A stretch of DNA of 63,248 nt, filler included, from Licmophora abbreviata (lineage: Eukaryota), in assembly GCA_900291995.1 (NCBI GenBank). It is 24 parts of 24 records of this genome, joined end to end, with 100 filler letters (N's around TTAATTAATTAA, not from the genome) between each part and the next. Parts side by side here need not be neighbours in the genome. Positions count along the whole stretch, not along the records: positions 7,089 to 15,818 come from OLMU01005418.1; positions 15,919 to 18,393 come from OLMU01005419.1; positions 18,494 to 20,791 come from OLMU01005420.1; positions 20,892 to 23,131 come from OLMU01005421.1; positions 23,232 to 24,740 come from OLMU01005427.1; 19 more parts are not named here. One strand, written 5' to 3'. The notes below the pieces were generated by a model, which worked only from the letters and a program-made list of their open reading frames with translations, searched no databases and was not told the DNA's origin. A program made the translations under genes and the position numbers. Shown in pieces: positions 11,436 to 24,053 of the stretch (its first letter is position 1; the number at the start of each line of letters is the position of its first letter).

Positions 11436-14400
11436 TTATAAGTATAGTGAACTGCAGAAGACAATATCCCGTCGAATTAGTTCACCTCCCTTCTCGAACT
11501 TAGTCTGCAGCTCGTGGTTGCCGATTGTCTTCGCAGCGGTCGCAATCTGCCGAACCAGCTCTTCCAATCGGCGCAGTGTTCGAATCGTCGTCCCTTCAAA
11601 TGATCCCGTTAGCTTTTGAACATCAATAAACTTGGCTCCTTTGCACCAAGCGAAAACTGCCTCCATCCTGACGAAGGGAAAGCAAAGATGCGTTAGCGTT
11701 CAAAGGGAAGAACACGAAAAGAGACGTTAAAAAGGCTGCCCGTTGCTCAGAGAGTATGGTCGCTTTGAGATCTTCACGAACTGTCGGATCGCTTTCGAGT
11801 TGCGAATTGCGAGCTCCAGCACAAATGCGCCGCGGCTCAAACAACCGCCAAAAGCGACGATTTGCTTTATAATCAAGGCAACGACGAAAAAGCTTTAGCA
11901 AATCAATCACACTCACATTTTAGGGTTGAAGCGGTCAACAAACTCATCCTCGTCAATCTCAATCTTGCAGGCGATCGCGGCTTTCGCTACTGTTCGAGCC
12001 ACTTCCTGAAGCTTGTAAAACGGATTCGACAGATACGACTTGAGGCCCTTCGCGGGGTCATCATCGTCCTTCGGCTCTTCGTAGATAAGACAGGACGCTA
12101 GAGCGACGCACTGCTCGACAGCCAAATCATTGAAAACACCGGTAAAAATCAGCTCAACAACGACCAGCTCGTCAGTAGTGTTGATCTCACAAGCAGTGCG
12201 ACCCTTTGTCTGAATGACACCTTTTGCATCGACATGTCCCATTCGCTTCAACACTCTCTTCATTTTCTTCAGATCGTCCTTCATGGCGATCGTTTCATTC
12301 GCCCAAGCCTCCTCTCGGATCGCCTTTGCGCCCGCGAGAAGCTCATTTCTCTTCTCAAACGCTCCGACTCGAGCGCTTCTCTCTTCTGATTGCATTGTAT
12401 CTGCGAGCTTGTGTTTGGCAAGCCGACTTGATAAAGCCTCTGCCCGATCGAGCAATGTCTTGAAATCCGTTGTCTTGATGCCGAGGTCAGCCACAGGATC
12501 CAAGAGCGGTACCCCCTCTGGTAATCGTTTCATCACTTGCTTCAGTCTACTTCCGACCAATTTCCGCTGGTCTGCCCCGTGGTAGTCAGTAGTATTCATG
12601 AAGATTCGAACCGCGGATATTCGGTCGATAGCCTGCAAAGTGATTGTGAATAGGCGCATCGATATTATCCTCTCGCTGTCGACGCTAGATTTTGCCGGTC
12701 GGCAGTCACGAATACTTCCTCTCCACATGAGACTCTGGTTTTCCAAGTCTTCAATTCTACCCTCTCCCTCGACGGTGTCGAAGTGCCTGTCAACGCAAAA
12801 GAGCAAAACATCAAGGCTGTAGTCCGGAGCGCTCCTTTGTTCCGCAAGTCGACCTGCAGCACCCGCGGCACCAGTCCCCGCCTTCTTCCGGCACGAAACA
12901 AGCACACCCCATCCGAAGGGTTCACCGTCTATAGATACGTCCAAGAGACGCCCTGGATCTTGCAAGAAGTTGAGAATATACTCAGGTTTTCGAACGATTC
13001 TAGCCATCTTCTTGCGGGTGACGAGGAGCTGCTGATCCATCTGATAGTACTCCTGTACAGATTCAATTTCGTCGCTGGGACCAAGATCGACCTCTTCTGC
13101 TTGCTTCTCGAGATCCTCGGCCTGTACCAGCAACTCGGGGACGGCTTTTTCCCGCTGAAACTGATGAAACGAGGCTCGCAACAGATACTCGGGATCGACG
13201 TCTTCGACCCTCATCATGTTGAGTAGCATGTTGTATTTGATCCGATAGCTCGAATTCAAAGGATCTGGGTCACCGTAGAGGATAGCTTTACACACGGCTG
13301 GTTCCATTCTCTCATCAAGCATTTGGATGACGATACCACGGTCGTCCTTTCCTCGGCGTCCTGCACGGCCGCTCATCTGGATGTATTCCCCGCTAGTCAA
13401 CCATCGAATCTCCTTGCCGTCCCACTTTCGTGTACTTGTAAACACAACTGTCTTTGCCGGCATGTCTTGAGGAGAAAAGGAAAGCAGTGATATAAGCATC
13501 GACAAGGAACTTGCACAGTAGCTTTACGACAACGCCACTCGCGAGGCACTTACTGATTCCGATACTGAAGGTCTCAGTGGCGAACAGTGCCTTGATGAGT
13601 CCTTCCGAAAACAGAATCTCCACAATCTCCTTGAGGATCGGCAACAGCCCACCATGATGGATTCCGATCCCCCTCTTCAGCAAAGGGAGCAAGGCTACGA
13701 CCTGTGGAAGCTTCTGATCGTCGTTTCCCAGCGAAGCAATTGCGTTCGTGTAGACCTGTGAGATTAGATCCTTCTCGACCTCGTCAGTGTAGTCCTCGTC
13801 GGTCAAATCCAGTGCGTACTTTTCGCAATCCTTCTTCGAGAAGGAAAATATAATGACTGGGTTCAGATTTCTTTCCATTACGAGCTTCACAATACGGTAC
13901 AAGTCGGATGTGGTTCCACCTTTCTTGGTGCTTGTGCGTTTTCTTTTCTGACCTTTTGCGTTTCCTGAGTTCAGCAAGGCCTCGGCCGCCGCCGCATCGC
14001 TTCCCGATCCCGACTGCAGCGTGGCCATGGCTTTTTGGAAGTTAGCCTCTCGGAACTTTCCACGTTCGTCCACTACCAAATGCAGTCCGTCTCCGCCTTG
14101 TGGGAAAATATAGTGCTGCAGTGGGACCGGGCGATAGTTGGTGTAGACTACGTGACATGGCTGATGGTGGATTTGTGCAATCCAGTCCGCAAACTGGGAG
14201 GCATTCGGAATGGTAGCACTCAGAAAGACAAACCGCACTCGATGCGGCAACAGAATAATGGACTCTTCCCATACGACGCCGCGTTCTGAGTCGCGCATGT
14301 AATGTACCTCATCGTAGATAACCCACGCAACCTCCCGCATCAGCTCCGATCCACGATACAGCATGGTCCGTAGAATCTGAAAAGAAAGACAAGGCTGATA

Positions 14401-15205
14401 AGCAGACGAAGGGTACTCGAGCTCAGGATAACGACAAATACATGATGCTACATGTCACACTTACTTCCGTCGTCATGACCAGCGCCGTGGCAGTTGGGTT
14501 GATGGTAATATCGCCGGTCATCAGTCCAACGTCACCAAACTCTTCCTGCAGGTCTCGGAACTTCTGATTGGACAGTGCCTTAATTGGTGATGTGTAGACT
14601 ACGCGCTGCCCTGCCTTTAGTGACTTGGCGATGGCGTACTCTGCGACAGCCGTCTTACCAGCCGATGTGTGCGCTGCTACCAAAACAGACTCCTCCTTGT
14701 CGATGTACGAGACAGCCTGAGACTGGAAGGGATCCAATTTGAACTGGTACTCTTTGGCAGGTGTTTCGGGTGGTACGATGGTAGGAAGCTCCATTCCGGG
14801 GGGAATATTTTTGGGATAGGCCGAGTAAGATCGAACAGACTTGTCGTGACTTGTACCCGTGGATATTTCGCGATTGGCATCGTCTACGACGACAGCAGGA
14901 GTAGCGCCCTCCCTTTTCTTTCCTTCATGATCATATTCGTCGTCCAGATCGGAGTCTTGCTTATGATGAATGTGGTGTGATGCAGTCGGTTTCGACATGA
15001 TACTCGTGTACACGGAGGACTTTTCTTGCGCCGGCTCTGAAGATCTCTTGTCGGGCACTGCTTGCGCCTCATTCTCGGCTTGTAGGCCTGATTCCTTCTC
15101 TTTCGAATCTACCCTCACGTTCTGGGGGATATCGGGGGTTGGAGGCGCCTCTGTATTCCCATCAAGGGCCCCAAACAGGGCGTCCAGGTCGTCGCCGTCG
15201 TCCAT
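11436..15205 (-). CDS. MTR4: Exosome-associated RNA helicase MTR4/DOB1 (Ski2-like DExH); exons 15205-14465, 14376-13554, 13465-11917, 11667-11436
   Basis: Motifs [34 protein letters not shown] and [10 protein letters not shown], an arch insertion, and a C-terminal [13 protein letters not shown]. Three GT-AG introns restore the frame. Confidence 0.96.
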
Positions 15206-15492
15206 GGTCAAGAAATAGGAATTCTTTTTGCAAAAAGTGAGAAGTGTGAGAGCGACGAAATTGAAAATCTGAAATCTCGTGGCCATGACGATGCGACATC
15301 GATTGATCGACGGTTGCCGGACAGACACAACCCCAATTAAGACATGAGAGACATCCCAGAGAAATTGACATCACTGAACACACCTCAATGAGAAGCACGA
15401 GATGAAAGTCGAAATTGCGCGTCATGGGCTGGAAGAAGTTTCTTCGCAATCAAAGAGACCGAGGGAGTGTACCTGTAGTCACGTTGGAGAAT

Positions 15493-17141
15493 ATGGGAAA
15501 TAGCCAGGCATCGTCGGTCGCTCTGGAAGATTTGGCGCGAGACTCGGCCCCGTCCGTTCGGCCAGAGCGACACGTCGGGAGCAATGGAGACTTGACGGCT
15601 GCGACTGCCTCTACCGGAAACACTGCTACCATTGCTGCTGCTACTACTACTACTGGAGCTAGAAAAGACTCAAATTGGCGCAACGACGACAGCAGGCATT
15701 CGAGAGGTCGACGTGCTCATCATGGTCCTCGCCATGTCTTTTCCACTCTGGCTCATGTAGTAGGCAAGCTTGGACATGCGGTTGAACACGCACTCGTACC
15801 TCCCATGACCACATCGCANNNNNNNNNNNNNNNNNNNNNNNNNNNNNNNNNNNNNNNNNNNNTTAATTAATTAANNNNNNNNNNNNNNNNNNNNNNNNNN
15901 NNNNNNNNNNNNNNNNNNCGTGTCCGGGAGTTGCATGGACGGGAGGGACTACGGGCTGTTGGCTTTGACTATAAAGTTATCTATTGCCTCGAACACAGAT
16001 CGGATCGACCATCACACAGAGAAGAGTCATTGCACGAGAATCCAAGTCTATCCCAGTTCTCGTCATGCCAGGAATGTGCCACGCGATTGTACCACGTCGA
16101 CACCAACACGCTCATTAACGAAGAGAATCGACAACACTACATTGCCGACGGCGAAATGTACGAAGCAATGGCTCGTCTCTGTCAGGAGTACGCCCAGAAT
16201 ATTATGCAGCAAGAGGGAGAGCTTGAATGGATCATTGTCTGTAATGACGAAACCGAAGCGGAACCAATCCGAGCCCTTGTTCATATGGATCATCATTTGG
16301 CCAGCGGCAATAGCATCGATCGAGGAGACGACCAACAAGTTGATCCTGATGAGCGTCCGATCCTTCTTGTGCTCACGGGAAAGGGAAAGGTCCGCGCTGG
16401 AATATTTTCTCGACAGCACTTGATGACGACCGGTGTGGAGGCTAGCACGGCCGTACCCATGGTACGGGAGGCCTCTCGACGCAACATGAGCATCATTATC
16501 CTCGACCCAAACGCTAGAGGTGATCAGCGCGGAATGGACACGTTTGAGAAGTCGGTAGAGTTGCTACTTGGACATTTGGAGAGGGAGGCGACACACAAAA
16601 TTCTGTTCGCTCTCTCTATGTCGTGGCTCATTCCGCGTCCGGGTCACAGCTAGTGCGCTACTTGCTGGATCGCGTTCACGTATACTCTCCGTATCTACGT
16701 GCTATTGCCTTTACCGACTCAACTCACAACATTCAATGGGCTCGGGACAACGCCCAGCTGCGCGAGCTACTAGGATCATCACAGTGCATCTACTTCCGAT
16801 CGGCAAACGAACATCGAGATACGCATTGGCACACACGCAAAGCGGGAGCGGAAGCCGAGACGGATCACTTTTGGACTCATCGATTTGGTGGCATTCGGAC
16901 TCTTTGGGCGGGCACCAAGGAGCACTCCTTGACGAACTGGTTTGCTCACTCGCATATTTGGGATCACTTTGACGGCCACCTATTGTCGGATCCGCTACAC
17001 ATATTTAGTCGGCGCCAGCAAATCGAAGAGCATCTGCCTCGGCGAGAGGAGTTATCAGCCGTTGACGAAGAATTGGCATGTGAAGGCGCCGGGCGCGAAC
17101 TCCACGAGCCTGCTTCGATCCCAACAAATAGGAGCGTGTAG
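15493..17141 (+). CDS. FAM172/Arb2-like protein (alpha/beta-hydrolase-like); probably spans the gap at 15819; apparent frameshift near 16590-16625
   Basis: LLVLTGKGKVRAGIFSR, IIILDPN, AHSASG, IAFTDSTH and AGTKEH motifs across ORFs 15931-16653 and 16623-17141. The putative N-terminus MGNSQASS lies before the gap. Confidence 0.75.
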
Positions 17142-18493
17142 ATAGATAATTTGGACTGCCTGATACTAGCTTTTCTATCACACTTGTGCGCGCTGTACAA
17201 TAAAGATTGTGCTCGACGTTTTCTGCCCCAAGAAGCCTAAAAGGGATGCCATCGTAGCACTTGCGGTCTAGTCCTCAAGCAGCAGTCGGCGATAATCATG
17301 AAGGCAAATCCAGGCGGGTTCCGGATCCGTACCGATCAGTTCTGCACTTTTCTCGCGGTCCGTGGTGGAGTTCACATGATGTGTTCACATACCGGTACCC
17401 GCGTTCGAGTCGAGTCCCGCATGCAATCTCAGTCACCATCGCAGTCACGAGCAACCACAATTCTCGTGGAGCGCCAAAAGCGCCTCTGTCCGTGAACAAA
17501 CTCAGTAGTCCGTGAATGGTGCCAAACATAACTCACCCCATCACAAAGATCGCCATAAGCTTTCGATACTTCGTCATTTTGCTCCCACTGTAAGTCTCCA
17601 TCAGCCTCCGGTAGTCAACGACCAACGACGCGTCAAAGCGGCGTCGTGCCAAATTCCAAGCTCACCAACCTTCATTGTGTCACATTCAATTTTCACAGTT
17701 CCCTGCTGTAGAATCGAAATGGGGATGCGAAGTTGCGCGTACCTCGTCTTGCTACTCGCAATGATAGTGCTGCCATCAGCGGTCTACGGGATCAATGGCC
17801 ACCAACGTCACATTCGGGGATTCCAAAAGCTAGGACGGACTGAGGCGATCAACGACAAGCCCCAGGCACTCCCTCAAAAAGCTGTGTCAGTCGGATACTC
17901 ACCCATGGCACCGCCTCCGAAAAGACGAGACTGACAGATACTTCCTATCATCACATCATGATCTTGACTTTGTCGCTCCATACGTTGATTTTCCGGTCGT
18001 TGTTTGTGTTGTCTCGGAGCCAATCATCAGCGAAACGAAAGTGCACGTGTGCTCTCGAGCGTGCTGGAGAGACTGCAACGAGCTTTCATATCGGAAGATT
18101 TAGTGGGCGTCGAAACACTGGTTGTATGCCTCGATCGGGTTGCTGGAAACGTAGCTTTTGGTGAAGCGATGCGAAGCCTCTCAGTCAATCTACGTTGATT
18201 ATCGAGGCAATGAATGAGTGGAGCCCATGCAGATATCCGTCATGCCTACTTGTGATCGTATCGAGTGCCATACGTATTCCTTCTGAAGAACTAGAAGCAG
18301 ATCACTACAGGAGACATCTGCGACGTTAACAGACAGCGGCCGCCAAGACCGAATTGCCCGCGAAGCCAACACCCGACAGTCATCGAATAACCTNNNNNNN
18401 NNNNNNNNNNNNNNNNNNNNNNNNNNNNNNNNNNNNNTTAATTAATTAANNNNNNNNNNNNNNNNNNNNNNNNNNNNNNNNNNNNNNNNNNNN

Positions 18494-18939
18494 AGCTTTT
18501 CTCTGGACTCTTACCAGCTGCCCCAGATGGACATAAGCAGCTCTTCTACTGGCTCGTGGCGCCAACCGATGAGCACGCCCGTCAAAGCCATGAAACACCT
18601 GTCATCTGGCTGAATGTTGGGCCAGGATGCAGCAGTGTAGAAGGCTTCTTTATCGAACATGGACCATTGCAGTTTTCAATGGAGCAAGGAAAATGGAAGA
18701 TTGCTGCTGATCCGAACTCTTGGCATCTCGCACCAGCTTGGGTCGTCTGTATCGACCTGTCGTATACAACAAAGGGTGACTATGCTGGGAACGACGACGA
18801 AGTCAATCAAGATTTCTTCTATTTCTTGGAGGACTTCTTTCTCGTTTATCAACAACACATGCACGACCAAGGTGACCTAGATCAGCCGAACAATTCGGGA
18901 AGGCGCCACATGCAAGTCCCATCATCAGTAGTAGTCTAA
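18494..18939 (+). pseudogene. Degenerate or partial serine carboxypeptidase (S10) N-terminal fragment
   Basis: FSGLL...QLFYWL...PVIWLNVGPGCSSVEGFFIEHGP...NSWH resembles S10. The canonical GGPG is altered, the DQPxGTG motif is missing, and the frame ends before the catalytic Ser. Confidence 0.65.
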
Positions 18940-19212
18940 AGTTTGTATTAATCATTGGGAGTCTCGTAAATATACTTCTAATATTCGAATTCCCGGTTGG
19001 CCTTCTCTACGAGTAGACGCAAGGCGATGTCTGAATCAGATACGACGCACTCGACTCAATATGTGGCAACCCGGAATTTCATGACGACGAAACTCGAGAC
19101 CTGGCGAGAAGACCCGACCATGGTAGCTTTCTTATGTGCTCGGCTTCGCCAAACAGTCTCTTACCACAGTTTTCTTTAGAAGTGCGCTCTGTATTCGCAG
19201 CACGTGTGGACA

Positions 19213-20442
19213 ATGGATCATTGGGGTGCTTCGTCCTCCTCAAACGGGGGATGCTGCTCCGCAAACGACGGCAGCGGCACAACGACCATGACGATTGCGG
19301 CGGTGGCCAAAATGAAGATCAAAGCGATGCGTTGGGCACGGCCGCCTGTTGACCATTTTGAGGATATGAATTTGCGTGAATTTAGCCGCTACTGTCGGCG
19401 CCAACCAGATATCCTGCGCGAGTCGGCTCTCGGACCGACATCAATGAAACACAAGTCCTGGGAGGGGAGCGACGACCTTCAAGGGCATTGGCTTCCGCTT
19501 GTTGCCGTTTCAGTCTCGCTACTGCTTGCATTTGGGGTTGGTCTGGTTGTCGGTTTGACTGTCGGGGGTGTCACCTGGGGTATCGGGTCCGGCGCTATTG
19601 CCTTTGGCGCAGCCCTTCTCGTCTTGTTCGCCTGCCTCGTAACCTATATGGCTGCTTACGGCAACGGCCTCCATGCACCTCCCATGCCAAGATGTGTACA
19701 GCGGGCTGGCTTCTCGTGCAACATGCGGGCCAATGTTCTTTGTCGATCTTTTATGACTTGTTTTTACAACGGACACTTTGACATCGTGGGCTGCATCATG
19801 AATGGCGAAGCTGACAATACGCTCAAAAAGATTCAACAGACGAACGACGGTCAAGGGCCTCCCTCGGGAGGTTTCTGCTGGCTGGGAGATTCAGAATTCA
19901 CATTTTGGCACCATTTACCTCATGACATGCATGCCTTGCGTACCAGCCACATAAATGCCGGATTTGGGGGATCTCGAATAGAAGATATTCAAAGGAATGT
20001 TCACAGACTGTGTTTGGATTGGGACCCGTCCACTGTGATTGTCCATGCCTCGGGAAATGACTACGACTACGATCTCGATATTACCGCAGGCGAAATACCA
20101 GCGCGGCTGCTGGCGCTGTTTGAAACGATTGCTGCACACCCATCTGTACATCGCATTGGATACATGCTGTCGTCGCGTCGTCCCGTTTACGACGACGCGA
20201 AGTGGGATTTCATGGTTCGCGTTCATACTTTGACAATAGATGCAATTTCCAGATCCTCGTTGAAACACATGGTTAAAGTCTTGGATCTTCGCGCCAATGT
20301 CTGGCCGCTGGACCATTTTGTGGCGGTCGATCGAGTGCATATGAATGACATGGGTCATTCCAAAGAATCGGAAATACTGCTTGCAAAAATTTTGGCGTTA
20401 TGGCCATTATTGGAAGAAGATGCAATGGTCGAGAACGTGTGA
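19213..20442 (+). CDS. SGNH/GDSL hydrolase with an N-terminal membrane hairpin
   Basis: Block I LGDS, block II NAGFGGS, block III SGND and block V DRVH. Two hydrophobic segments lie upstream. Confidence 0.8.
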   Translation: MDHWGASSSSNGGCCSANDGSGTTTMTIAAVAKMKIKAMRWARPPVDHFEDMNLREFSRYCRRQPDILRESALGPTSMKHKSWEGSDDLQGHWLPLVAVSVSLLLAFGVGLVVGLTVGGVTWGIGSGAIAFGAALLVLFACLVTYMAAYGNGLHAPPMPRCVQRAGFSCNMRANVLCRSFMTCFYNGHFDIVGCIMNGEADNTLKKIQQTNDGQGPPSGGFCWLGDSEFTFWHHLPHDMHALRTSHINAGFGGSRIEDIQRNVHRLCLDWDPSTVIVHASGNDYDYDLDITAGEIPARLLALFETIAAHPSVHRIGYMLSSRRPVYDDAKWDFMVRVHTLTIDAISRSSLKHMVKVLDLRANVWPLDHFVAVDRVHMNDMGHSKESEILLAKILALWPLLEEDAMVENV

Positions 20443-20891
20443 GCAGAATGCTAGTGTGATCAAGATAACCTGATGGATACTCGGTGCTCAGAGGGCTTGG
20501 ATTCACTCGACGACGCACACTGCCGGATTTTTCGCTGCCCGGTCACACTGAGCATGCGATGGCACAGCAGATGGTACTGGTACTAAGTAGGTGGCAAAGT
20601 GCGTTGCTATCGAAACCCACGACAACGAGCCCATCATAGAGAAAGTATTGAAGCTATTAAGGTTGATATGTACAACGTGGACAGGATCCTCTTGTAGTGG
20701 TTGCCGACAAAACGAAAAACAATTTTCGGTCTTCCGAGTTATATTATGTTTTCAACTTTCTATCGCGACAAGCTTGCTGAGCTCAACTGAANNNNNNNNN
20801 NNNNNNNNNNNNNNNNNNNNNNNNNNNNNNNNNNNTTAATTAATTAANNNNNNNNNNNNNNNNNNNNNNNNNNNNNNNNNNNNNNNNNNNN

Positions 20892-23131
20892 CGACGGGTG
20901 GTAGTGTCGGAAGAGGCTGAGCTGGAGCATTGCGCTGGGTGGCTTGATCGACAGCAACTTGGAGGCGGTTGTAGTCGACAAAGGGAGCGTCGTCAAGGAA
21001 GCTGGGGGGTTGGTCGTCATCGTCGAGAATGTACTGGTAGCGGCTCTCGGAGAAGAGTTGCTGCCATTCGGGGGAGTCGATGGGAGGTGGAGTTGCTGAA
21101 TCGGAGGTGACGGTGGAGAACCAGTCGTCGAAGACGACGTGGAACTGAGGAGTGATGGCGCCTGTGTCGAGGTTCAAAACGAGAGGGACAGTTGAGGCGT
21201 GTTTCGGCGACAGACCGACGAAGACCTGTCGCTTGGATCGACTCTCCCAGCGTGGTAGTTTCTTGCCGTCAGAGATTCGTTTTTCCAGGACATACACTGG
21301 GCATCCCCATACATGATAGTTGACGAATTTTTCGTGAGGCCATCGGGTCCTGGAGAAGACATCGTGAGGACTGAGACCGTTACTTGGAGACGGCATGTGA
21401 TTGTAGAGGTTGACAGAGTGTTGAACCGCAAGCGGCCAGAGGCGAGCGTCGGCTACATCAGGCCAATGAATGGCAGCGTGGAGCATTTGAGTCCTGGCGA
21501 TGGACATGACCGTTTGGATGGCGCGTTCAGCAATGCCATTGTGATGGTGGGCACCGACTCCGGCAAACTTGGAGTGTTGAGCAAATGTTTCAAGGTGGCG
21601 GTTGAAATCGGCCGATGTGAAGGCAGAACCGTTGTCAGAGAGGTAAGTTTGAGGGGTGACGCCGAAGTCGCGACAGAACTTTTCGTATGCAGTCTTGCTT
21701 TCGATCGTCTCATGAGTGTTCAAATGCACTTGTTCTTTAACAAAGAGCATCCCAGAAGCATGGTCGACAAAAATGGCGCCGCCTGAGTACTGGAGCTTGG
21801 AGTCTTCTTTTCCGTATGTATTCAGGAGGCGTCCGCGGGTGGAGCAAACGAAGTGATCGACGGAGACTTTCTGGCCTGGGAAGAGGTCATTTTCTCGGAG
21901 TGCACCGTGTCGGTCCTTGACGACGGTGCTACGAAGGCCTGGAGACGGTCGTTGTCGTTGCTTTCCATATTGGCATGCTGCACAGAGGGGTCGGTCAGAT
22001 AGCTTGCTTGCTGCTGTTTGGAGTCGACGGGTTGCTTCGGTGTGCGCAAGGACGCCGGTTCTCATCAGAAATTGGATCTGTTTCTGAGAGAGGTGGCCAA
22101 GGCGGTAGTGCCAGCGTAGAAGTTCCTTTTCGGCGGGGCTGAGGTTGGAGTTTCGACGGGACACAGTGGAGAGAGCGGAGTTGAAGGCTCGATGGATCTG
22201 GGCGCCGGCTTCCGAGTCATAGCAAATGCTTGTAGGGAGATTCGTCTTGGAGTCAATGGGAGCGGCGACCGGGTTTCGCTGAGGGTTATGTTCATTGCTG
22301 GGAGCGCCGCTAAACAACAATCTACCGTGTTCGATGGTGATCGATTCGTCGGGATAGGCTTGGAGCAAAGATGACGTGCTCAGAAGTCGTTGGTTCGCGC
22401 CGGGAACAAGGAGAGCTGGTACGGTGATTTCGCGGAGGCTGCCGTTGGTGTCGGGAATTTTCCAAGTGACAGAGCCGGTGCCGGTGGCAGAGACGCTTTT
22501 GCCGACTCCTTGGAGAGTTGATCCTGGTGGAGCCTGTTCAATGTCGCTGGAGAAGTCCGAGGCTGTGTGGGTGACGCTGATGCTAGCGCCGGAATCCCAC
22601 ACAATGTTGTTCCGATGTAGGTGCTGCTGGGTCTCGGGGGTCGCGACAAGGCTGGAGCGAATAGCGTGGGCGACGTTGCGGAGCGTAACGGAGGCAAGGT
22701 TGGCAACGTGGAGGGGGAAAGAGCGTTGGCCTGGCTCCTGCTGGTTTAGTTCGGGCGGCTGCTGCTGATGGCGTTGGTGGCGTCGGCGTGGTCGGCGGTT
22801 TGGTCTTGGGAACCGACGGCGTGGAATGGGACGGGGCGGAGCCGGAGGTGCATGTGCAACAATCAACCTGTCGGGGTCAGGAAGGTGGCAGCTGCAGTCG
22901 TGTTGGTTGTCGTTTCTCCCTCTGGAGGCAGGGCAGCGGTCGGGGTCGCGAGGTCGTTGAAAGAGGCCGTCGTGTGCATAGGCGAAGCGGGAGAGCCGTT
23001 GGAGTAGAGCATGGGCGTCTTTGTTGTTCTGTTCGCGGCGGGCCTGAATGGCGAGCCTTCGGGACGGGGGCGAGAGGCTACCATTGGATTTGGTGTAGGT
23101 GATGTTACGGCGGAAGCGGCGACGGAACTTG
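20892..23131 (-). mobile_element. Ty1/copia LTR retrotransposon internal fragment (protease, GAG-pre-integrase, integrase), diatom CoDi-like
   Basis: Protease WDSGAS; HHCC zinc motif WHYRLGH...CAAC; integrase D-D-E in VDHF / SDNG / NGIAER; SH3-like WGCPVYV...FHVVFDD. The PR-IN order is copia-type. Both ends are cut by gaps. Confidence 0.93.
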
Positions 23132-23231
23132 NNNNNNNNNNNNNNNNNNNNNNNNNNNNNNNNNNNNNNNNNNNNTTAATTAATTAANNNNNNNNNNNNN
23201 NNNNNNNNNNNNNNNNNNNNNNNNNNNNNNN

Positions 23232-23668
23232 ACAACCTGACTGACGACCAGCTGCTGCTGATTGTCGCTATTTATCGTCAACAGTATATCTTGGTATATA
23301 GGAAACTTGGAAGTATCGACTGCCTTGCGTTGAATCGGAGAGGATGTGTCGGCGTTGGTGGTATGGATCAGGCGCCAGCGACCGAGGATGGAGGGAGAAA
23401 TGGCAGGGCGAGGGATGCTTTTCTGAGTTTCGAGGGTCTCCACCAATTCAATGATGCGATTGTCATTTCCGAGTCGTTCCGAGGATGATTCAATGGCGGT
23501 GAGTAGGTCGTCTTCCATTTTGGCGGAAGAGGATTTCGTAGCCCGTGATGATGAGGAGGGCGCAAAGAAGTTTTGAAACGCAATCGGCGCCGACGACGAC
23601 TCGAGGGGTCGCGATGATGCCACCGTGGCCTCCACAACAAGCAGAACTGCGCTGTAAAAGAGTCTCAT
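23232..23668 (-). CDS. Plastid lipid-associated protein/fibrillin (5' part)
   Basis: Signal peptide MRLFYSAVLLVV..., then LLTAIE...IIELVETLE...ILGRWRLIHT, the PAP/fibrillin N-terminal pattern. Confidence 0.75.
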
Positions 23669-24053
23669 GACTGTTATTCTTTGTTCTGTGGGCAATGATT
23701 GGAGCTACGTAGTCGTTCTGCAGCAATGGCGGAGCATGCAGCATCAACCTAGCTGGTACTGTGCGTGTGTGATGTTGTCGCGGTTTGCATCGTCATCATC
23801 TTGCTTTGGATTTCGGTTTCAATTTTGGCGCCCCAGTGTCAGGTTATGAGCTAAATACAATATATAACAATCTTCAAATCGGAATAAATGTGTATTCAAC
23901 ATTCCTTGTTTGAAACAAAGGTGCACGCCAGCCCGATCAAAAGTATGCCAGAGACACAAGGGCTCTCAAAACAGCAGCAGCTGTCAAGTGCTTCTGGAAT
24001 TAAGGTATCCATCACATCATCGCCCCATGATGTCGGCGACAATGACGACCACG

